Assembly (NCBI GenBank): GCA_036496605.1
Contig: DASXKV010000041.1
Coordinates: 8,373-72,372 of the forward strand
Direction of reading: 5' to 3'
Source of the DNA: Gemmatimonadaceae bacterium
GTDB lineage: Bacteria; Gemmatimonadota; Gemmatimonadetes; Gemmatimonadales; Gemmatimonadaceae
Length of the DNA: 64,000 nucleotides
Shown: in pieces, positions 58,170-64,000 of the stretch
Layout of the letters: each line of letters begins with the position of its first letter
Numbering within the stretch: the stretch's first letter is position 1
Position numbers and translations under genes: made by a program
The notes under the pieces: model-generated
Database searches by the model: none
What the model was told of the DNA's origin: nothing
The model's input: only the letters and a program-made list of their open reading frames with translations

Positions 58170-60577
58170 TCAACTCCCTCGCCAGCGACCTGCGCCAAGC
58201 CTGGCGCATGATGAAGCGCAGCCCGATCGTTGCCGCCGTGGTGATCGGATCGTTAGGCATCGGCATCGGTGTCAACACGGCCGTGTTCTCGTGGGTTCAG
58301 GCGGTGATCCTGCACCCGCTGCCGGGCGTCGCCGAAGCCGCAAGCTTCCATCTCGTCGAAGCGCGAACGGAGAGCGCTGCGCATCCGGGCTCGTCGTGGC
58401 TCGAGTATGTCGATCTGCGTACCCGCCTTCCGTCCATGCCGAACGTGCTCGCCTTTCGGATGGCGCCATTCACGGTGGGCGCCGCGGATCATGTCGAGCG
58501 AACGTATGGCCTGCTCGTATCCGGGAATTATTTCTCGGCGCTCGGTTTGCGGCCCGCAGCGGGACGATTTCCGCGGCCCGAGGAAGTGGCGCGTGCTGGC
58601 GCCGAGCCGGTGGTCGTGATCTCCCACGAATTCTGGGAGACGCGCTTCAATCGATCACCCGATGCGATCGGGCAGACACTGCGGGTGAATGAGCGTCCAC
58701 TCACGATCATCGGCGTCGCACCGGAAGGTTTTCAGGGAACCATCCTCGCGCTCGACTTCGACCTCTGGATTCCAGCGACGATGGCTTCGACGCTGTTCGC
58801 CGGCAACCGCGAGCTCGAGGACCGAAGCGTGCGCGGTTACAATATCATGGCCCGCCTTGGCCCCGGCGTTACGCTCGCGCGCGCTCAGGGCGAGGTGGAC
58901 GCCGCGATGCGCGATCTTGCGCTACGGTATCCGCAAACGAACGCCAAGGTCGGCGCCGAAGTGCTTCCCTTCTGGCGTGCACCGCGCGGGCCACAGCTCA
59001 TGCTCGCGCGGGCCATACTCGTCTTACAGGGCGTGATGCTGCTAGTACTTCTGGCCGTCTGCGGCAATACGGCCAATCTCATCCTCGCCCGCGCCAGCGC
59101 GCGCCAGCGGGAGATCGGCGTGCGGCTCGCGTTAGGGGCTGGCCCATGGCGCATCACGGCGTCGCTCCTCACCGAAAGCTTGACGCTCGCGCTCTTCGGT
59201 GCCGTTGTCGGCACCGCGCTCGCAGTCTGGGGAACGCAGGCGCTCCGCGCCGTGCCGATGATCGGCGCCTTTCCGATCAAGTTTCAAACGAGCGTCGATG
59301 GCGTCACGCTCGCCTTTGCGATCGGCCTCGGCATCGCTTGCGGCTTCATCTTCGGCCTCGTTCCCGCGCTGCAGCTTTCTCGCGTCGACCCGCAGAGCGC
59401 GATGCGCGCCGGGATTCACTCCGCCGGTCGCAGCCGCACCCGCAACGCACTCATGTCGACGCAGGTTGCGCTCGCGCTCATCGTGCTTACCGCAGGCGCG
59501 CTCTTCTTCCGCAGCTTCCGCGAGAGCGAGACCGACACCGGCTTTCGCCGCAACGGCGTGCTCCTCGCTGCGTATGACCTTTCCGCGCGCAATCCAACCG
59601 GCCAGCAGAGTCTCGCCTTCGCGTCGACGGTCGTGGAGCGGCTGTGGGCGCTGCCTAACGTCGATGGTGCCGCCGTCGCCTCTTCTGTTCCACTCGACAT
59701 TCACGGCTTGCCCATTCGCTCGTTCACGCTCGAGGGACGAGCTCGTGCCGACGCGGCCGCCGATCAGGTGCTGAACAACGTCGTCACGCCGGGCTATTTC
59801 AAGACACTGGGCATCCCATTCCGCGAAGGCCACGATTTCGCGGCGCTCACCGATGCGTCGTCACCGGCCCAGGTCATCGTCAACGAAGCATTCGTCCGGC
59901 GTTACGTCGCTGGCACGCAGGCGCTCGGACGGCGCCTGGAGTCGCGAGGAAAGACCTATGTCATCGTCGGAGTCGTGCGCACGACGATCAGCGACTCGTT
60001 CGGCGAGCGTCCGACGCCATGCATCTACTTCTCCTACCGGGACCGGCCGGCATCGACGGGGGAGATCCATGTGCACACCGCAGGCGGTGCGGAGCAGCTC
60101 GCACCCGAGATTCGTCGCGTCGTGCGCGAGCTCGATCCGGGGCTGGTTGTCTATGACATTCGCACGCTCGACGAACACATCGAGAAGAATCTCTTTCTCC
60201 GTCGCATACCGGCGCGAATGTTCGTCGTCCTCGGCCCGCTGCTGTTGTTGCTGGCAGCGATCGGGATCTACGCTGTCGTCTCCTACTCGATCTCACGACG
60301 CACGGTGGAGATCGGCGTCCGACACGCGCTCGGCGCGTCCGCCCATCGCATCGTCATCGAGATCACACGCGACACGTTGCGCGCGATCGGATCGGGCGCG
60401 CTGATTGGATGGATCATCGCGCTGCTGGTCGAAATTCACGCGGCGCGCGGCGTGATCTACTTACCGATCGTGCTCGGCGTGCCGGCGATTCTCTTCGCGG
60501 TCGCCGTCCTCGCGTGCTGGATTCCAGCACGTCGCGCGGCTGGCGCCGATCCGGTGCGTGCGCTCCGGAATGACTGA
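58166..60577 (+). CDS. ADOP-family duplicated permease
   Basis: DLRQAWRMMKRSPIVAAVV… and two FtsX-type modules. Start at the ATG of the ATGA overlap. Confidence 0.85.
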   Translation: MINSLASDLRQAWRMMKRSPIVAAVVIGSLGIGIGVNTAVFSWVQAVILHPLPGVAEAASFHLVEARTESAAHPGSSWLEYVDLRTRLPSMPNVLAFRMAPFTVGAADHVERTYGLLVSGNYFSALGLRPAAGRFPRPEEVARAGAEPVVVISHEFWETRFNRSPDAIGQTLRVNERPLTIIGVAPEGFQGTILALDFDLWIPATMASTLFAGNRELEDRSVRGYNIMARLGPGVTLARAQGEVDAAMRDLALRYPQTNAKVGAEVLPFWRAPRGPQLMLARAILVLQGVMLLVLLAVCGNTANLILARASARQREIGVRLALGAGPWRITASLLTESLTLALFGAVVGTALAVWGTQALRAVPMIGAFPIKFQTSVDGVTLAFAIGLGIACGFIFGLVPALQLSRVDPQSAMRAGIHSAGRSRTRNALMSTQVALALIVLTAGALFFRSFRESETDTGFRRNGVLLAAYDLSARNPTGQQSLAFASTVVERLWALPNVDGAAVASSVPLDIHGLPIRSFTLEGRARADAAADQVLNNVVTPGYFKTLGIPFREGHDFAALTDASSPAQVIVNEAFVRRYVAGTQALGRRLESRGKTYVIVGVVRTTISDSFGERPTPCIYFSYRDRPASTGEIHVHTAGGAEQLAPEIRRVVRELDPGLVVYDIRTLDEHIEKNLFLRRIPARMFVVLGPLLLLLAAIGIYAVVSYSISRRTVEIGVRHALGASAHRIVIEITRDTLRAIGSGALIGWIIALLVEIHAARGVIYLPIVLGVPAILFAVAVLACWIPARRAAGADPVRALRND

Positions 60578-60583
60578 CGCGTT

Positions 60584-60657
60584 GTCATCCTGAGCGAAGC
60601 GAAGGATCTAGTGTCCTTAGTTAGGAGCAGGCTTCTAACTACACAGAGTAGATCCTT
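60584..60657. terminator. GTCATCCTGAGCGAAGCGAAGGATC motif plus nested hairpin between convergent permease genes (candidate bidirectional terminator)
   Basis: AAGGATCTAgtgtccTTAGTTAGgagcaggcttCTAACTAcacagagTAGATCCTT. Confidence 0.5.
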
Positions 60658-60668
60658 GACAAGACGAC

Positions 60669-63329
60669 CTATTCGGCGCGCAACGTAATTGCGGGATCCA
60701 CGCGCGCAGCTCTCCACGCTGGTAGCCAACACGCGATCATCGCGACGCCGGCGAGCAACGCGACGACGCCGATGTACGTGATCGGATCGAGCCGCGACAC
60801 ACCGAAAAGCAGCGTCATGATCCCGCGCGTCGCCGCCATTGCGCCGACGAGCCCGATCAGCACGCCGAGCAGCGTCAAGCTCATCCCCTGCCTCACGATG
60901 AGCCCGAGAATGTTGCCGCGCGTCGCGCCCAACGCGGATCGCACGCCGATCTCGCGCGTCCGCTCGGTAACGCGGCCGGCGAGCACACCGTAGATTCCGA
61001 GTGCCGCCAACAGCAGTGCCGCGAAAGCAAACGTCTCGATGATGACGAGCGCAAAACGCCGCTGCGAAGCCGTCTTGGCGATGAGTGCATCCATCGTCAC
61101 GATCCGCTCGATGGGTTGATTCGCATCGACGGACCATACCGCGCGCTTCACACTCGGCGCCATCGCCGCCGGATCGCCGCTCGTGCGCACGACGAGTGAC
61201 TGTACGTTATCGACCCACCACCACCTTCCCATCGGAACATAGAATGCGGCGGTCTGGCCGAAGGCGAGTGACTCCTGCTTCACGTCGCCAACGACGCCGA
61301 CGACAACATCCCACGGACGATCGCTTGCCGTCTCCGGACCAAAGCGGACCCGCTGTCCGATCGGATTCTGATCGCCGAATTTGCGCCGCGCGAGCGATTC
61401 GCTGATGAGGATGGCTTCTGGCCCGCCACGCACGTCGCTCTCGTCGAACAGTCGACCGCGTCGCAGTGGAATCCCCATCGTGGCGAAGTACCCCGGCGTC
61501 ACGACGTAGCGAAGCGCGCTCCCGTCTTCGCCGGGCTTCACGCTCGGCGTCGATTGAAATTCGTAACCATACCCATCGAGATCGTCGCTGAGCGGGAGCT
61601 GGCTCGTCACCGCGGCAGAGATGACGCCCGGAACGTGACTCACGCTCTCGAGCGCTTGCTCGTAGTAGCGCGCGCGGGCGGTGTCCGAGTGATAGGCATG
61701 TCCCGGTTCGATCACCTGCATCGTCAGGAGGTGCGGAGCGTTGAATCCCGGAGCGACCGCGAACAAGCGCTGCAGGCTCCGCATCAACAATCCCGCGCCG
61801 ACGAGAAGCACGAGCGCGAGCGCGACTTCAGTCACGACGAGCGCGCTGCGTGCGATGCCGCGTCCGCCCGCGGTCCGACGTGAGCTCTGCTGCAAATCGT
61901 CGTGCAGCCCCGCGCGCGTGGCGCCCAGCGCGGGTACGAGTCCCATCGTTAGGCCGATCAGCGTCGTTACGACGAGCGCGAATGCGAATACCGGCCCGTT
62001 CAGACCCATGGCGTCCACGCGCGGCAGACCAGCCGGGCTCAGCGCAATCAGCGCGCGAACGCCAATCGCGGCGACCTCGAGCCCCAGCAAGCCGCCGACG
62101 AGTGCCAGAACGACCGTCTCGGTCAGTACCTGTTGCACGAGGCGCCCGCGACCGGCGCCGAGAGCGATGCGCATCGCGAACTCGCCGCGCCGCTGCGCAC
62201 CACGCGCAACCAGCAGATTCGTCACGTTGACGCAAACGATCGCGAGCAGCACGAGGACCGCGCCACAGATCGCGAAAAGCATTGGCTTCGCGTCGGTGGC
62301 AATGGCGTCCTGCAACGGCTGCACGAGCATCCCGTCACTCATGTTCGCCCACATCGGCCGGGGGAACTCGGGCAACGGCGCGCGGGCAATCATCCGGATC
62401 TCGCCGCTCGCGCGCGCGGCGCTCGATGCACGCTGAAGGCGGCCGACGATCCGGTAGTGATGGCCCCACTCACGTGAATTGAATTCTGCCGTGGCCTGCT
62501 CCTGGAGCGGCGCCCAGATATCGGCCGACGGCGCAATCACATTCGAGAAGCGCGGCGGCATCACCCCAATGACGAGATACTCATCGTCGTCGAGCATGAT
62601 GCGCCGGCCAACGAGCGAGCGATCGCCTCCAAATCGGCGTTGCAGCAGCCGGTCGCTCAGGATGACGACCCGTGGGCCACCGACGCGATCGTCGTCACTG
62701 TCGAAGTCGCGTCCGACGGCCGGCGTCACGCCGAGCGTGCGAAAGTAGCTCTCGCTCACGCGCTGTCCTTGCAGACGCTCCGGCTCACTCGTGGCCGTGA
62801 GCGACGACTGCCAGCGATCGACCGCGGCCAGTGACTGGAACGACCGGCTTCGCACGCGAAGCTCGCCGTAGGTACCGAAGGTGGCGTCGCGCGGCCCGCC
62901 GTCCGCACCGCGATCCGCGACGAGTACGAGGCGCTCGGCGTTTGGATACGGAAGCGATGCGAGAAGGATGGGATTCACGGCGCTGAAGATGGCGGTCGTC
63001 GCGCCAATGCCTAACGCGAGCGTCAACACGCTCACCACCGTGAAGCCGGGATTGGCGCGAAGCCGGCGGAGCGCGAAGCGCAGATCCGCGAGAAGCATCC
63101 AGACGGCGTTCTCCCAACCGTAGGAGCGCACATGCTCACGAACAGCAGTCATGTTGCCGACCTCCAGCTGCGCGGCGCGGCGCGCCGCTGCGGGCTCGAG
63201 CCCGCGTGCGACGTAGTCCGCCGTCGTTAGGTCCACATAGTGTTGCACTTCGTCGGCGAGCTCCTGGTCTGCCTCGGTGCGACGCGTGAGCACCCGGAGA
63301 CCTCGCCTGAGCTGCCGCCAGAGGGACAT
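60669..63329 (-). CDS. ADOP-family duplicated permease with N-terminal 'permease prefix' helical domain
   Basis: MSLWRQLRRGLRVLTRRTEADQELADEVQHY… then DLRFALRRLRANPGFT and two FtsX modules. Start is 5 nt after the padR stop. Confidence 0.85.
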   Translation of the reverse strand: MSLWRQLRRGLRVLTRRTEADQELADEVQHYVDLTTADYVARGLEPAAARRAAQLEVGNMTAVREHVRSYGWENAVWMLLADLRFALRRLRANPGFTVVSVLTLALGIGATTAIFSAVNPILLASLPYPNAERLVLVADRGADGGPRDATFGTYGELRVRSRSFQSLAAVDRWQSSLTATSEPERLQGQRVSESYFRTLGVTPAVGRDFDSDDDRVGGPRVVILSDRLLQRRFGGDRSLVGRRIMLDDDEYLVIGVMPPRFSNVIAPSADIWAPLQEQATAEFNSREWGHHYRIVGRLQRASSAARASGEIRMIARAPLPEFPRPMWANMSDGMLVQPLQDAIATDAKPMLFAICGAVLVLLAIVCVNVTNLLVARGAQRRGEFAMRIALGAGRGRLVQQVLTETVVLALVGGLLGLEVAAIGVRALIALSPAGLPRVDAMGLNGPVFAFALVVTTLIGLTMGLVPALGATRAGLHDDLQQSSRRTAGGRGIARSALVVTEVALALVLLVGAGLLMRSLQRLFAVAPGFNAPHLLTMQVIEPGHAYHSDTARARYYEQALESVSHVPGVISAAVTSQLPLSDDLDGYGYEFQSTPSVKPGEDGSALRYVVTPGYFATMGIPLRRGRLFDESDVRGGPEAILISESLARRKFGDQNPIGQRVRFGPETASDRPWDVVVGVVGDVKQESLAFGQTAAFYVPMGRWWWVDNVQSLVVRTSGDPAAMAPSVKRAVWSVDANQPIERIVTMDALIAKTASQRRFALVIIETFAFAALLLAALGIYGVLAGRVTERTREIGVRSALGATRGNILGLIVRQGMSLTLLGVLIGLVGAMAATRGIMTLLFGVSRLDPITYIGVVALLAGVAMIACWLPAWRAARVDPAITLRAE

Positions 63330-63334
63330 CGTTT

Positions 63335-63715
63335 TCAGGCCTCGGCTTTGAGGAGGCGAGCGACGGCGGACGCGCGACGGGCCCACTCCGCCGTTTCGAC
63401 GTCGAGCTGTTTCTTGCCGGACCGCGTCAATTCGTAAAACTTCGCGCGACGCGCATTCTCGGTTTGCCGCCACGCCGAGTCGAGCCATCCCGCGCGCTCG
63501 AGCCGTTGCAACGCGACGAGTAGTGACCCCGGATTCACCTTGAACACGCCGCGCGAAATCTGCTCGACGCGCCGAGCGATGCCGAAGCCATGCATCGGCT
63601 GGAGGCTCAGCGTCTTGAGAATGAGCATGTCCAGCGTGCCTTGAATGACGTCGGTGTTCTGCTCGGCCACGAGCTGCTCCGGTTGTCGGGACGACCGGAG
63701 GATACGAGCGTACAT
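63335..63715 (-). CDS. PadR-family transcriptional regulator (acidobacterial type)
   Basis: QGTLDMLILKTLSLQPMHGFGIARRVEQ…GSLLVALQRLERAGWL…RRAKFYELT. The real start may be the GTG near 63670, which has GGAG 6 nt upstream. Confidence 0.9.
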   Translation of the reverse strand: MYARILRSSRQPEQLVAEQNTDVIQGTLDMLILKTLSLQPMHGFGIARRVEQISRGVFKVNPGSLLVALQRLERAGWLDSAWRQTENARRAKFYELTRSGKKQLDVETAEWARRASAVARLLKAEA

Positions 63716-63730
63716 CTTGACTGTCAAGAT
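63698..63730 (-). promoter_or_regulatory. Promoter with palindromic operator upstream of the second padR
   Basis: Minus strand reads ATCTTGACAGTCAAGATgtacgctcgTATCCT. That is a 17-bp perfect palindrome (8-1-8) containing a TTGACA -35 box, a 17-nt spacer and a TATCCT -10 box. Confidence 0.5.
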
Positions 63731-63769
63731 GTGACGTTCATGACATCCCACTGAGGACGATGGCGAACT

Positions 63770-64000
63770 GTCATCGCGAGGGTCGACGCTGCCGCATCGC
63801 GTAGCCAACGACACAATCGACGACACCCGTTGCGAAATCGACGGAACTGCTTGCGCGATCGAGTGCAACCTCTCCCCGATCGGCGGCATTGGTTGCCGTA
63901 CGGACCGCAGCGGTTGCCCGATCGCCTGTGCCGTTCAGACCACCGGCACTGGTCGATGTGCACTCTGCGCCGCCGCTTTGGCGACCGCCAATGAGCGACG
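63770..64000 (-). CDS. 3' end of an unidentified gene running in from beyond the window (tentative)
   Basis: Minus-strand frame is open from the window edge to a TGA near 63770. It translates to a natural-looking G/A/T/S-rich peptide (…GLNGTGDRATAAVRTATNAADRGEVALDRASSSVDFATGVVDCVVGY…). It is absent from the ORF track because its start lies outside the window. Confidence 0.3.

Noticed and set aside
63724-63963. 79-aa Cys/Arg-rich minus-strand ORF near the window end.
   Set aside because: Its composition is implausible (about one third Arg, scattered Cys). A different minus-strand frame, open to the window edge, gives a more protein-like translation and is reported as a tentative partial CDS.

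Overview
High-GC (~66-68%) bacterial chromosomal segment. The three ADOP-type duplicated permeases and acidobacterial-type PadR regulators suggest a Gemmatimonadota/Acidobacteriota-like organism (inference only). I call about 66 protein genes and see no rRNA, tRNA, CRISPR array, transposase or integrase.

Gene content along the window:
- 1-2.2 kb: translationally coupled ABC exporter, histidine kinase and receiver.
- 2.3-9.8 kb: CcdA, an AlkP-family protein, a TIGR00300 (LOR/SDH) protein, priA and a dipeptide epimerase.
- 9.9-17.3 kb: a co-directional minus-strand signalling cluster. It holds a sigma54-type activator, an HD-GYP response regulator, a GAF histidine kinase, two small unknown proteins, an HDAC-like deacetylase, a lone GvpL/F-like protein and a zinc-ribbon Ser/Thr kinase.
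- 17.5-31.4 kb: housekeeping genes (M3-like peptidase, glyQS, YpdA-like reductase, purA, dapA, MgtC, trpS, IMPase, ftcD).
- 31.6-34.5 kb: a large M14 peptidase.
- 34.6-51.5 kb: the minus-strand block fusA-tuf-S10-spc-secY-adk-map.
- 52-63.7 kb: three ADOP permeases, two PadR regulators, a HAAS-like membrane protein and an Ig-repeat/leishmanolysin-like lipoprotein.

Most notable non-genic signals:
1. The 8-mer GCCTAACG/CGTTAGGC occurs 38 times by my count, against roughly 2-3 expected from base composition. It lies in both orientations, inside genes in every permitted frame, using otherwise rare codons and sometimes supplying stop codons. This points to DNA-level selection (uptake-signal-like or protein-binding word).
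2. Two families of intergenic hairpins have arms built from short tandem units. One has GGTGATTGG/CCAATCACC-type arms and sits mostly inside the ribosomal operon. The other has CTAGGGGC/GCCCCTAG-type arms. There is also a ~180-nt mirrored 4x14-nt repeat.
3. Ribosomal protein S5 carries a ~110-aa Arg-Gly (RGG) N-terminal tail, and several other r-proteins carry basic Lys/Ala tails.
4. A ~0.5-kb structured non-coding region with a good promoter lies upstream of fusA, where rpsL-rpsG would normally be.

Coordinates of small motifs were counted by hand and may be off by 1-2 nt. Gene starts that I moved inward from the ORF track are noted in the evidence fields.
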